NCBI GenBank assembly: GCA_049860595.1
Contig: CP187551.1
Direction: 5' to 3' (one strand)
DNA: 64,000 nt
DNA from: Methanocaldococcus sp. 16A
Lineage (GTDB): Archaea > AGJL01 > Methanococci > Methanococcales > Methanocaldococcaceae
Positions 53,890-64,000 of the stretch are shown piece after piece. The notes under the pieces were generated by a model. The model did not search any database. It was given only the letters and a program-made list of their open reading frames with translations, and had not been told where the DNA came from. The first letter of the stretch is position 1. Every line of letters starts with the position of its first letter. Made by a program: the position numbers and the translations under genes.

Positions 53890-54611
53890 CAGGCAAAGTT
53901 ATCTTAGTAGGAGCTGGACCAGGAGACCCAGAGCTGATAACAATAAAAGGTTTAAAAGCCATTAAAGAAGCAGATGTTATTGTTTATGATGATTTAATAT
54001 CAAAAGATTTATTAAATTGTGCTAAAAAAGATGCTGAATTGATTTATGTTGGTAAAAGGAAGGGGAAACATTCATTTAAACAGGAAGAGATTAATAAAAT
54101 ATTAGTTGAAAAAGCTAAAGAAGGGAAGTTAGTTGTTAGATTAAAGGGAGGAGACCCATTTGTTTTTGGTAGAGGAGGAGAAGAGATTTTGGAATTAAAG
54201 AAGCACAATATACCTTATGATATCATCCCAGGAATTACATCAGCTATAGCAGTTCCAGAAGTCGCTGGTATTCCAGTTACACATAGAAAGGTCGCTACTT
54301 CATTTACAGTGGTTACTGGGCATGAGGCAGAGGATAAAAAAGAGAAACAGGTTGATTTAAGCAAGTTGAATGCAGATACTATTGTAATCTTAATGGGCAT
54401 AACTAATTTAGAAAATTTAGTTAAAGAGTTGTTGCAAAATCCTAAAAGAAGCAAAGATACTCCAGTAGCAATTATTATGGAGGGGACTACGAAGAATCAA
54501 AAAGTTATTAAAGGGACTTTGGGAGATATTGTTGAAAAAGCAAAGAAAGAACATGCAAGACCTCCAGGAGTTATTGTTGTTGGAGAGGTTGTTAATGTCT
54601 TAGATAAATAA
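53886..54611 (+). CDS. cobA: Uroporphyrinogen-III C-methyltransferase
   Basis: GAGPGDPELIT, RLKGGDPFVFGRGGEE. Confidence 0.95.
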   Translation: MTGKVILVGAGPGDPELITIKGLKAIKEADVIVYDDLISKDLLNCAKKDAELIYVGKRKGKHSFKQEEINKILVEKAKEGKLVVRLKGGDPFVFGRGGEEILELKKHNIPYDIIPGITSAIAVPEVAGIPVTHRKVATSFTVVTGHEAEDKKEKQVDLSKLNADTIVILMGITNLENLVKELLQNPKRSKDTPVAIIMEGTTKNQKVIKGTLGDIVEKAKKEHARPPGVIVVGEVVNVLDK

Positions 54612-54636
54612 AAAATATTATATTTTTGTGATATAA

Positions 54637-55959
54637 ATGATAAAAAATATTGCTGTAATCTATCCAAACAAATTTAAAGCTGGAATTTCTTGCTTAGCTG
54701 TGCATGTATTAGCTAATCATCTAAGTAAGTATAAAGATTTAAATGTAGGGGTGTATTTCTTAGAGAATTATGAAAGGATAAGAAATTTTGATGCAATTTT
54801 TATAACTTTGCAGTATGAAAATGATTACTTTAATGCAATAAAAATAGTTAAAGATTTAAGAAAAACTAATCCAAACGCTGTTTTTGTTGCTGGAGGGCCT
54901 TGTGTAATGGAAAACTTTTATCCTATAGCTGAGTTTTTTGATGCTGTTATAGTTGGAGAGATTGAAGATAGCGATGTGATGCTAAAAGTTATAAATAGAG
55001 AGTTTGATATCGAAGGAGTTTATTCAAAATTTTTAAATAAGGATAAAGTTAAAAGGATATATCCAAAAAAATTAACCATAGAGGATTATCCAATATATCA
55101 ACCAACTTCTGAAGAAGGAGCTTATGGAAAATCATTTTTGTTAGAGCTTGGAAGAGGTTGTCCAAGAAGATGTAGATTTTGCTTAGCAAGAGCTATATAT
55201 TATCCACCAAGGTTTAGAAAGCTTAATGATTTAATGTATTTGGCAGAAGAAGGAGTAAAAGTTAATAAAGTCAATAAAGTGGCATTAATAGCTCCATCAG
55301 TTGGAGATTATAAATATATAGTTGAACTCTGTAATTTTTTGGACGATTTGGGAGTTCAAATATCCCCTTCTTCTTTAAGGGCAGATACTTTAAATGAAGA
55401 ACTAATGAAAATTTTGAAACCAAAAACATTAACAATAGCTCCAGAAGCTGGAAGTGAAAGGCTGAGAGAATTTATAAAAAAAGATATTAAAGAGGAAGAT
55501 ATATTTAACGCGGTTGATTTAGCTAAGAAATTTAATGTTGAGAAAATTAAACTCTATTTTATGGTTGGTATTCCAACAGAATCAGAGGAAGATATTGAAG
55601 AGCTCATAGATTTAACAAAAAAGATAAAAAAAGAGATTAAAAAAGTTGAAGTATCAATTAATCCAATGATACCAAAGCCACACACAGATTTTGAAAAAGA
55701 ACCTTTTGATTCATCATCTAAGAAAAAAATCAAGTATATTGAAAAAAATCTAAGAAAAGAAGGAGTTAAAGTAGAGTATGAATCATTTAATTCAATGATT
55801 TGTCAATGTGTTTTAGCCAGAGGAGATGAAAAATTAAGCAAATACTTAGACACTTCAAAAAATATAGCAAGCTTCATAAGTGCTCTAAAAAAAGATAACT
55901 TATTAAATAAATACTTAGGGAAGATAGATAAAATGCCTTGGAAAAGGATAATTATCTAA
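54637..55959 (+). CDS. B12-binding/radical SAM protein
   Basis: [10 protein letters not shown]; [10 protein letters not shown]. Confidence 0.88.
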   Translation: MIKNIAVIYPNKFKAGISCLAVHVLANHLSKYKDLNVGVYFLENYERIRNFDAIFITLQYENDYFNAIKIVKDLRKTNPNAVFVAGGPCVMENFYPIAEFFDAVIVGEIEDSDVMLKVINREFDIEGVYSKFLNKDKVKRIYPKKLTIEDYPIYQPTSEEGAYGKSFLLELGRGCPRRCRFCLARAIYYPPRFRKLNDLMYLAEEGVKVNKVNKVALIAPSVGDYKYIVELCNFLDDLGVQISPSSLRADTLNEELMKILKPKTLTIAPEAGSERLREFIKKDIKEEDIFNAVDLAKKFNVEKIKLYFMVGIPTESEEDIEELIDLTKKIKKEIKKVEVSINPMIPKPHTDFEKEPFDSSSKKKIKYIEKNLRKEGVKVEYESFNSMICQCVLARGDEKLSKYLDTSKNIASFISALKKDNLLNKYLGKIDKMPWKRIII

Positions 55960-57370
55960 AATTATTTAAAGCTACTTCAAGATATCTTATAAACTCCTTC
56001 TTATTATTAGGAATATATGCCCCACAGGCAAATTTATGCCCTCCCCCACTACCATCAACTTTTTCAGATGCATATTTTATTGCTTTAGCTAAATTTATAT
56101 CCTCTGCGAAGCATAAAAGCTTAGGACATCTTGCAGAGACCTTATAGCCGTTATCATCTTCAGTTATTGCAAATATTGGCTTCATCCAATCTACTTCTTC
56201 AATAGAATAGCTCATTCCAGCAACAATTCCTACAATATTTGGCATAATTTTATCTGTTTCAAAGTATTGGAAGTTTTCTTTTTTAATTATCTCAACATCA
56301 TTCTTTACATGCTCTAAAGCTTCTCTTAAATTATTCCTATGCTTCCTCAAATTTGAAAGCATTCTACTATAATACTTTCCTCTATCTCCCATTAACACAT
56401 TTAAGGCAGTTTCATAATCTCCATATCTTGAACATGCATTTATACAAGTTGAAAATTCCTCCAAATCTCTCAATGGAGAGCCAAATTCCTCATATCTAAA
56501 TTCATAAACCTCCCCAAATATGACCTTTGGAATATATGGAGTCCAATGATTTGGAACATAGCTTAAGCATTTTATTAAAAGTTCATTACCAATAATTTTT
56601 TTATGTTCAAAAGGAATCTCAGCTATTCTCATAGTAGGGTTTATCTCAATATCATACTTTTTATTTATGTATTGGATGTATTTTATTATTCTTGAATCAT
56701 TGTTTAGTAAATCAGTTCTAATATCTGCCCAATATCTCATAGATACAAATAAAGGTCTTGTCTGCCTACCATACATCTGCAAATCCATAGATTTTTTTAT
56801 GTCTCCAGCATTTATAGCATCCTTTAAGATTTTTTCATTTAAACCTGTTAATTTTCCTTCTATGTTTTGAATATCACCAACAGCTCCTAAAACCGCATAC
56901 TTAGCCAAGTCTATCCATTCATTGTTAATTGTTTTTGCAAATAAGTAAGATACTCCTGCTCCACAAATTTCAGCCCCACTTTTTCCTATTGTTAGAGGGT
57001 TTATATGAACAATAGTTTCAGGAATCTTTATCTCTTCAGGTTGATGGTGGTCTAAAATGATAATTTTATCTTTTTTATCTAATAAGTTAAGCTCTTCTAA
57101 TTTTTCTTTAATCATTTTTAATTGCCCGCTACCTAAGTCAGCAAAAATTATTAAATCATAATCCTTAAATGGAATCTCATTTATTGTTTCTATTGTAATT
57201 TGTTTTAAAAACATAAAATCAGCATCTAAGTTTAATCTCTCAGCTACTTTTTGTAAAATAACTCTTGATGTCAATCCATCTGTATCTATATGCGTAACTA
57301 TTAAAATTTTGTTGTTTTTGTTTTTTTCTAATACCTTAGCACCTTTTTTTAATTCATTCCAATTTTCCAT
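55952..57370 (-). CDS. recJ: RecJ/Cdc45-like DHH nuclease
   Basis: HIDTDG, DLGSG, DHH, GGGH. Confidence 0.88.
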   Translation of the reverse strand: MENWNELKKGAKVLEKNKNNKILIVTHIDTDGLTSRVILQKVAERLNLDADFMFLKQITIETINEIPFKDYDLIIFADLGSGQLKMIKEKLEELNLLDKKDKIIILDHHQPEEIKIPETIVHINPLTIGKSGAEICGAGVSYLFAKTINNEWIDLAKYAVLGAVGDIQNIEGKLTGLNEKILKDAINAGDIKKSMDLQMYGRQTRPLFVSMRYWADIRTDLLNNDSRIIKYIQYINKKYDIEINPTMRIAEIPFEHKKIIGNELLIKCLSYVPNHWTPYIPKVIFGEVYEFRYEEFGSPLRDLEEFSTCINACSRYGDYETALNVLMGDRGKYYSRMLSNLRKHRNNLREALEHVKNDVEIIKKENFQYFETDKIMPNIVGIVAGMSYSIEEVDWMKPIFAITEDDNGYKVSARCPKLLCFAEDINLAKAIKYASEKVDGSGGGHKFACGAYIPNNKKEFIRYLEVALNNFR

Positions 57371-57522
57371 AGTTTCACTGAAAATTTTGCGGTTTTTTTC
57401 TCTTATTATTGCAAATTATTGATAAATAAGAGAAATAATTTAATATTTTTAAAATTCAATTTCATAAGCTTTTGATTTATATTAAAATTATATAAAAAGT
57501 TCCTTATTAAAATATTAAATAG

Positions 57523-58761
57523 GTGATTAAAATGGATGATAAATTTGCCTCTAAGTTTGAGATAGATATTTTAAATAAACTACTTAATAAAAATTTCTCT
57601 TATGATTTAGCTATAATTCTAAAAAAAATTGGCGGATTGGATTACAGAAAGAAAGTTTTTATTAATGGAGAGTGCATTGGAATATTAGAATTTGATTTAG
57701 TTGATTTAGATTGGAAATTTCATCCTTATGCACCATATTACTTAATAGAAGAACCAAAAATCAAAATAAAGCCAACAAAAAGAAGATTAAAGGGTAAAAA
57801 AGTCCCAATTGATTTAATTGAAAATCTTGAAGAACTCAATAACATTAATGAGAATGATTATATTGGTGTTGAAGTAGGAAATTATGTTGGTGTAGCAGTT
57901 AAAAAAGGAGATACCATAAAAATCAAAGACCTAACTTTAAAGAAAGAGCTTAGATTTGAAAAAATCGAAGATTATCTAAGAAAAAACCAGAAAAGAATTA
58001 AAAAATTAGAGAAAAAATCCATATCAATAATAAAGAGATATTATGAAAAATGTAAAGATAAAGGTTATGCCATAAACGCCTCTTTTAGTGGTGGAAAAGA
58101 TTCTTCTGTCTCTACTTTATTAGCAAATAAAGTTATAGACGATTTAGAAGTTATATTTATAGATACTGGTTTAGAATTTAAAGATACTATTAAATTTGCT
58201 AAAAAATTTGCTAAAAAATATGATTTAAACTTAGTTGTTTTAAAAGGAAAAGACTTTTGGGAATATTTAGAAAAAGAAGGAGTTCCTACAAAAGATTATA
58301 GGTGGTGCAATAGTGTTTGCAAATTAGAGCCGTTAAAAGAGTATTTAAAGAAATATAAGAGAGTTTATACTATAGATGGCTCAAGGAGATATGAAAGTTT
58401 TACAAGAGAAAAATTAAGTTATGAAAGAAAAAGTGGATTTATTGAGAATCAAATAAACGTTTTTCCAATATTAGATTGGAAAGGTACTGATGTTTGGAGT
58501 TGGATATATGTAAATGATGTTATCTATAATGAGCTTTATGATAAAGGATTTGAAAGAATTGGATGCTATATGTGTCCATCTGCATTAAATTCTGAGTTTT
58601 TGAGAGTTAGAGAGCTTTATCCAGAGTTGTTTAATAAATGGGTTGATGTTTTAAAAAGATTTAGCTATGATGAAGATGAGATTTTGAGAGGCTTTTGGAG
58701 ATGGAAAAAATTCCCTCCAAAAATGAAAGAGCTAAAGAAAATCCTAAAAAATAAAAAATAA
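57523..58761 (+). CDS. PAPS/APS reductase family protein
   Basis: SFSGGKDS, RWCNSVCK, RIGCYMCP. Confidence 0.88.
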   Translation: MIKMDDKFASKFEIDILNKLLNKNFSYDLAIILKKIGGLDYRKKVFINGECIGILEFDLVDLDWKFHPYAPYYLIEEPKIKIKPTKRRLKGKKVPIDLIENLEELNNINENDYIGVEVGNYVGVAVKKGDTIKIKDLTLKKELRFEKIEDYLRKNQKRIKKLEKKSISIIKRYYEKCKDKGYAINASFSGGKDSSVSTLLANKVIDDLEVIFIDTGLEFKDTIKFAKKFAKKYDLNLVVLKGKDFWEYLEKEGVPTKDYRWCNSVCKLEPLKEYLKKYKRVYTIDGSRRYESFTREKLSYERKSGFIENQINVFPILDWKGTDVWSWIYVNDVIYNELYDKGFERIGCYMCPSALNSEFLRVRELYPELFNKWVDVLKRFSYDEDEILRGFWRWKKFPPKMKELKKILKNKK

Positions 58762-59406
58762 TTAATGTATGCTATTATATAATCCAACTATTCCAATAAA
58801 TATTATTTGAACTGAAATTGCCACTAACAACAGCCCCATAATCCTTACAAATGCGTTGATTCCATATATATTAACTCTTCTAATTATAAGGTCAGTTAAT
58901 GACAAGATGATTCCAGAAACAAGCATAGCTGTTAATATAGATAAAACAACTACTCCCTTCTCTATAATAGTATGGGCTTTACTAATAAGAATCATAGTGG
59001 TTGTTATAGCCCCAGGACCTGAAATTAAAGGAATTGATAATGGAACATAAACTATGCTATCAATATCTTCAAGCTCTATTTTTTCATCTGGTTTATGTTT
59101 TGTTTTTGGAATTTCTGCATGAAGCATGTCCCATGCTATTTTAAATAGCAAAATTCCTCCAGCGACTCTAAAGGCATCTATTGTAATCCCAAAATATCCA
59201 AAAATATAATTCCCAAATAAAGCAAATAGCAACAAAACTGTAGTTGATGAGACTATTGCCTTTTTAATAATCTTAACTCTTTGCTCTTTTGGGTAAGGAT
59301 AGGTTAGAGAATGTACTATTGGGATTAAACCAATTGGGTCTATTGTAATAAAGAGAGAGACAAATCCATAGATGTAGAAGTTGATAACATCCATATCATC
59401 CACCAA
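58762..59406 (-). CDS. MarC family membrane protein
   Basis: DPIG, FRVAGGILL, PLSIPLISGPG. Confidence 0.9.
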   Translation of the reverse strand: MVDDMDVINFYIYGFVSLFITIDPIGLIPIVHSLTYPYPKEQRVKIIKKAIVSSTTVLLLFALFGNYIFGYFGITIDAFRVAGGILLFKIAWDMLHAEIPKTKHKPDEKIELEDIDSIVYVPLSIPLISGPGAITTTMILISKAHTIIEKGVVVLSILTAMLVSGIILSLTDLIIRRVNIYGINAFVRIMGLLLVAISVQIIFIGIVGLYNSIH

Positions 59407-59422
59407 ATTTTAGTTAAAGGAT

Positions 59423-60511
59423 TTACCACATAGAATATAAAATACTTCCAAGAATAATCCACCAAACTAAAAGGGTTATTGAGCCCAAAGTTCTTTCATT
59501 TATAAATAACTCTAATATATCTCCAATTTTAGAAATAAATCTATTTTTTCTTTCTTTTAATAATTCTGGGAAAGCATTCCATACGTGAAAGCCGTCTAAA
59601 GGCATAGCTGGGAGTAGGTTAAATAAAGCTAATAGGAAGTTAAACCAGTAAGTCCAGTATATTGTATTTATTAATAGTGCTGTGTTTTCTGTTGGGGAAA
59701 CCATAACCCCAATCTTTCCTTCATCAGAACTAATGATTTTATACGTCAGTATTTTATTATCCCTCAAAACTTTTATTTCATACTCTTTGTTTGGTTCTAT
59801 AGTTTTAGCAAATTCTTTAAAATCTTCTAATGAATTTAGTTTTTTACCATTAATCTCATAAATAACATCTCCTTTTTGCAATAACTCTGATGCAGGTTCT
59901 TTAACATCAACAATTTTTAACTCTGTTGGCAATGTATAACTAAACGATAGTAATGGGATAGATATTAAAAAAATCAATAAATTTGCTAAAGGTCCGGCTG
60001 AAGCAATAGCTCCTCTAATTTTTTTATCTGCATTTTTAAATTCATCTCCCAATTCAACAAAAGCTCCTAATGGAAGCCCCAATAACAATAAAATTCCAGA
60101 GCTCTTAACCTTAATTCCAAATGATTTGGCAAATATACCATGTGCTAATTCATGCACAGAGATTGCTATTAATAGAGCTATAATCCCAGGAATCCATGGA
60201 ATTACATCTCCAAACAAAAACACAACTGGTTTTGCTGCTTCTTTTGGAAGAGTTCCTGATAATAGCTTTATACTCATACTTATTATATTGAAAAGCATAA
60301 TAAATCCAAGTATTACACATAGAGGTATTGATATAATCCCTATTTTCTGCCAAATTTTATACTTCCCTAATTTTTCAATTGTTTTCATCCCAATTTTAGT
60401 CCTTAAAATTCCAAAAATTCCTCCATAAGTTTTTAAGTTTATTGAATCCCTAATAGCATATAGAATCAGCCAAATTATTATTGCCACAATTAAGATGAAT
60501 TTAGATTCCAT
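59423..60511 (-). CDS. Site-2 (M50) membrane metalloprotease with a PDZ-like segment
   Basis: HELAH, AGPLAN, NLLPAMPLDG. Confidence 0.92.
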   Translation of the reverse strand: MESKFILIVAIIIWLILYAIRDSINLKTYGGIFGILRTKIGMKTIEKLGKYKIWQKIGIISIPLCVILGFIMLFNIISMSIKLLSGTLPKEAAKPVVFLFGDVIPWIPGIIALLIAISVHELAHGIFAKSFGIKVKSSGILLLLGLPLGAFVELGDEFKNADKKIRGAIASAGPLANLLIFLISIPLLSFSYTLPTELKIVDVKEPASELLQKGDVIYEINGKKLNSLEDFKEFAKTIEPNKEYEIKVLRDNKILTYKIISSDEGKIGVMVSPTENTALLINTIYWTYWFNFLLALFNLLPAMPLDGFHVWNAFPELLKERKNRFISKIGDILELFINERTLGSITLLVWWIILGSILYSMW

Positions 60512-60618
60512 AAACTACTCCTCCATAATTTGATCTTAATTAAATTCATAAATAAATGAAAAAAATATATATAATAGTTAGTATGAACTCTACCACATAA
60601 AATAATAATGGTGAGGTT

Positions 60619-61056
60619 ATGGAAGCTTTAGTATTGGTAGGGCACGGTAGTAGATTACCATACAGCAAAGAACTTTTAGTAAAATTAGCTGAAAAGGTTA
60701 AAGAAAAAAATATATTTCCAATTGTTGAAATCGGTTTAATGGAATTTAACGAGCCAACAATACCACAAGCAGTTAAAAAAGCTATAGAGCAAGGGGCTAA
60801 AAAAATCATTGTTGTTCCTGTTTTCTTAGCTCATGGTATTCACACAACAAGAGATATTCCAAGATTATTAGGGTTGATTGAAGATAACCATGAACATCAT
60901 CATCACGAGCATGAACATGGGCATCATCACCACCATCACCACCATGAACATGAAAAGTTAGAAATTCCAGAAGATGTTGAAATTATCTATAGAGAACCTA
61001 TTGGAGCAGATGATAGAATTGTTGATATTATAATTGATAGAGCATTTGGAAGATAA
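60619..61056 (+). CDS. cbiX: Sirohydrochlorin Co/Ni chelatase CbiX(S)/CfbA
   Basis: GHGSR, PVFLAHGIHTTRDIP, His-rich loop. Confidence 0.92.
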   Translation: MEALVLVGHGSRLPYSKELLVKLAEKVKEKNIFPIVEIGLMEFNEPTIPQAVKKAIEQGAKKIIVVPVFLAHGIHTTRDIPRLLGLIEDNHEHHHHEHEHGHHHHHHHHEHEKLEIPEDVEIIYREPIGADDRIVDIIIDRAFGR

Positions 61057-61178
61057 ATTTAAGAATTAAAAACTTAAAATTATATATTTTATTTTATTGA
61101 TACTAAAAACACCAAAACTTTTAAACTATTTTTTATCTATTTTTTACAAAATTTTTTGATTTTTATGGAGGTTGTATT

Positions 61179-61991
61179 ATGTTTGCTCCAGGGCATATTA
61201 CAGGATTTTTCTCAATATATAAACATTATGATAAATTAAAAACAGGCTCTACAGGAGTTGGAATTACTGTAGATAAAGGAGTTACTTTGGAATTAAAGGA
61301 AGGTAATGGAAATGTATTTTACAATGGAGAAAAAGTAGAAATTTGTGTAGTTGAAAAAGTTGTAGAATATTATAAAAAATTTGGATATAATGGGAATTAT
61401 GATATAATCTTCTCATCTGATTTTCCTTTAGGTAGTGGTTTAGGAATGTCTGGAGGATGTGCTTTAATATTAGCTAAAAAATTAAATGAAACACTAAATT
61501 TAAATGAAAATTATGTAGAAATAGCTCATATAAGTGAAGTAGAGTGCGGTACTGGATTAGGAGATGTTATAGCCCAATATACAAAAGGATTTGTTATAAG
61601 AAAATCTCCAGGATTTCCTATAAATGTTGAAAAAATTGCTGTTGATGATGATTATTATATCATAATTGAAATTTTTGGAAAAAAAGAGACAAAAGAGATA
61701 ATAACTAATGAAGAATGGATTAAAAAGATAAACGAATATGGAAAAATATGTTTGAATGAACTTCTAAAAAATCCTACTTTGGAAAATTTTGTTAATCTCT
61801 CATACAAATTTGCAGTAAATACTGAACTAATAGACGAAAAAATTTTAGAAATCTGTGAGGACTTAAAATTTACAGTTGGAGCTTCTCAATCAATGTTAGG
61901 AAATACTTTATTTTGCATTTCAAAAAAAGAAACGTTAGATGATGCTCTATCTATTTTAAAAAATCCAATTGTTTGTAAAATATATTATTAA
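61179..61991 (+). CDS. Pantoate kinase (GHMP family)
   Basis: APGHITGFF, PLGSGLGMSG, AHISEV..GTGLGDV. Confidence 0.88.
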   Translation: MFAPGHITGFFSIYKHYDKLKTGSTGVGITVDKGVTLELKEGNGNVFYNGEKVEICVVEKVVEYYKKFGYNGNYDIIFSSDFPLGSGLGMSGGCALILAKKLNETLNLNENYVEIAHISEVECGTGLGDVIAQYTKGFVIRKSPGFPINVEKIAVDDDYYIIIEIFGKKETKEIITNEEWIKKINEYGKICLNELLKNPTLENFVNLSYKFAVNTELIDEKILEICEDLKFTVGASQSMLGNTLFCISKKETLDDALSILKNPIVCKIYY

Positions 61992-62011
61992 AAAAGAATT
62001 GAACTAACTAA

Positions 62012-62641
62012 TTAAATTTCTATCCTAAAAACTACAACTGGAATATTAACAACTTTCTTTTTATGAAATTCATATATTGCAGGAATTCTAAAAAATGCCT
62101 CATATATATGAGTTATATTTCCTCCTTTATCTTCAACATACTTCATAACAAAATCTTTTGTAGGATAGTTATGGATTGTATAAATTACATCCCCAATTTC
62201 CAAAGCTTTATCTAAAAATATTCTATCAGCGTGTTTTTTCTGAGCTCCAAAAGGAGGGTTTTGAATAATAACCTTCTTTAAATTTCTATCCTCTCTAAGC
62301 ACGTTATTTAAAAACTCATCATCAACATCTCTAATATCCATGCAATAAAAATCTACATCAACATTCAGCTTTTTAGCATTTTCTTTCGCTACTTCTATAC
62401 TCTCTCTATCAATATCTACACCAATAACTCTCTTAGCTCCCAAAATTTTACTACCTATAGCTAATCTTCCAGTTCCACAGCCTAAATCAATAACAACATT
62501 ATTGTAAAAATCATTCACAGCAAAAAATAAAATATCACTTGCTAATTTCCCATCTATTGTATATTGTTCTAAATCTACTTTTGGATTTGGATGCCTTTTC
62601 AAAGAATCCAATATCATCTCTAAGTGCTTTTTCTTTATCAT
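62012..62641 (-). CDS. METTL5-like N6-adenine RNA methyltransferase
   Basis: LEQY, DLGCGTG, NPPFG. Confidence 0.88.
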   Translation of the reverse strand: MIKKKHLEMILDSLKRHPNPKVDLEQYTIDGKLASDILFFAVNDFYNNVVIDLGCGTGRLAIGSKILGAKRVIGVDIDRESIEVAKENAKKLNVDVDFYCMDIRDVDDEFLNNVLREDRNLKKVIIQNPPFGAQKKHADRIFLDKALEIGDVIYTIHNYPTKDFVMKYVEDKGGNITHIYEAFFRIPAIYEFHKKKVVNIPVVVFRIEI

Positions 62642-62711
62642 TCCTTCACCTAATTAAATATATAGTTTTATGGATGTTATTTAATATAAAAAAATAAATT
62701 AATATTATTAA

Positions 62712-63155
62712 TTATTCAATATTAATTCCTTTCTTAATTGATGTTTCTGCTTTTGGTAATGTAACTGATAAAACACCATTTTCAAATTTTGCAGATGCAT
62801 TTTCTTCTTTAACAGTTGCAGGAAGTTTTATTGTTCTATAAATCTCTTCTTCTTCAGGAATCTCTGAGTAAATAATTCTTTCACTTTCAGTAATCATCAA
62901 TGGACTTCTTTTAGCCCTAATTTCTAATGTATCTCCAATTGCATTTAAAACTATATCCTCTTTATTAACTCCTGGCAACCATGCAATAACTTTTATGTGC
63001 TTGTCTCCCTCAATGATTGAAATTGGCATAAATCCTTTTCCTGATATTTGAATTCCTGTTGAGCTTTGAATCATTGTAGTGCCGGTCATTGGTGTTGTAA
63101 AGAATTCTTTAAACATTCTTTCAAACAATGTGTCAAATGGGTCTCTTCCAAACAT
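62712..63155 (-). CDS. Small heat shock protein Hsp16.5
   Basis: MFGRDPFD; alpha-crystallin motif [14 protein letters not shown]; C-terminal IxI. Confidence 0.95.
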   Translation of the reverse strand: MFGRDPFDTLFERMFKEFFTTPMTGTTMIQSSTGIQISGKGFMPISIIEGDKHIKVIAWLPGVNKEDIVLNAIGDTLEIRAKRSPLMITESERIIYSEIPEEEEIYRTIKLPATVKEENASAKFENGVLSVTLPKAETSIKKGINIE

Positions 63156-63314
63156 GTCCCCCACCTCTCTTTTTTATTCGTCATATAAATTATGTTTTTG
63201 AAGTTCTATATAAACTTTTCGTTAATCTATAAATTTATATAAACTAATAAAATGTTTATAAATAGGATTAACATAATTAACAAATTAACATAAAATCAGA
63301 TTGAGGGATTACTG

Positions 63315-64000
63315 ATGTTTGGAAAATTAAAAGAAAAGCTTATAAAGACAGCATCAAAAATTACTGAAAAAATATATAATAAAGGGGAAGCTGAAGAAGT
63401 TAGAGAAGAAAAAAAAGAAAAACCAAAAATTTCTCTAACAAATTTATTTAAGAAAGAATCTAAAAAAGAAGAAATAAAAAAAGAAAAAACAGAACCAGAG
63501 ATTAAAAAAACTGAAATTGTAAAAACAGAAATTCCTAAAAAAGTAGAAGAAGTTAAAGAAATTAAAGAAGAAAAAGAAAAAAAAGAGATAAGTTTCTTCG
63601 ATAGATTTACTTTAACAAGGGCTATTAAGAAAGTTCTTAAAAAAGAAGTTGTTATCTTAGAAGAAGACATAGAAGATGTATTAGAAGAGTTAGAGATAGA
63701 GCTCTTAGAGGCTGATGTTGCTTTAGAAGTTGTAGAAAAGTTAATTGAGAATATCAAAAATGAATTAGTTGGAAGAAAGATTTCTCCAGATGATAATGTA
63801 GAAGAGATTACAATAAATGCTGTAAAGAATGCTATAAAAAACATCTTATCCCAAGATAAGATTGATATTGAAGAGATAATCAAAAAGAATAAAGCAGAAG
63901 GAAAACCAACAGTTATTGTATTTGTTGGAATTAATGGAACTGGAAAAACCACTACTATAGCTAAATTAGCATATAAATTAAAGCAAAATGGATATAGTGT
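63315..64000 (+). CDS. ftsY: SRP receptor FtsY, N-terminal part (runs off the window)
   Basis: Manual translation MFGKLKEKL..., K/E-rich region, [24 protein letters not shown]. Confidence 0.95.
   Translation, partial: MFGKLKEKLIKTASKITEKIYNKGEAEEVREEKKEKPKISLTNLFKKESKKEEIKKEKTEPEIKKTEIVKTEIPKKVEEVKEIKEEKEKKEISFFDRFTLTRAIKKVLKKEVVILEEDIEDVLEELEIELLEADVALEVVEKLIENIKNELVGRKISPDDNVEEITINAVKNAIKNILSQDKIDIEEIIKKNKAEGKPTVIVFVGINGTGKTTTIAKLAYKLKQNGYS

Noticed and set aside
60888-60952. CAT/CAC-rich low-complexity tract
   Set aside because: Encodes the known His-rich loop of CbiX/CfbA
63296-63952. 218-aa minus-strand ORF
   Set aside because: Antisense shadow of ftsY, which the track missed because it is truncated by the window

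Overview
AT-rich archaeal chromosome segment. Gene content, GGTGA/GGAGG ribosome-binding sites and tRNA sequences point to a Methanocaldococcus species. In order: top6A (partial), ftsZ-secE-spt5-rpl11, a type I-B CRISPR-Cas locus (cas6, cas8, cas7, cas5, cas3, cas4, cas1, inverted cas2) and a 46-repeat array transcribed on the minus strand. These are followed by purB, cbiC, thiI, a histone, a tRNA/5S rRNA cluster, purD, a defence island (type I R-M with a frameshifted hsdM, an embedded MNT-HEPN pair and a GNAT), and then housekeeping genes up to a partial ftsY. The main signals that the ORF track does not explain are: (1) about 15 intergenic ~100-bp nested palindromes in 2-3 families, with compensatory base changes, a chimeric copy and ends that often overlap stop codons; (2) a hidden in-frame Cas11 start inside cas8; (3) a Zn-ribbon insert in Cas5; (4) a recently acquired spacer that translates to a Cas7/Csf2-like motif; (5) a diverged duplicate of the purB 3' end; (6) an extra beta-sandwich domain in HsdR. 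All calls come from reading the sequence and recalling protein families. No searches were run.
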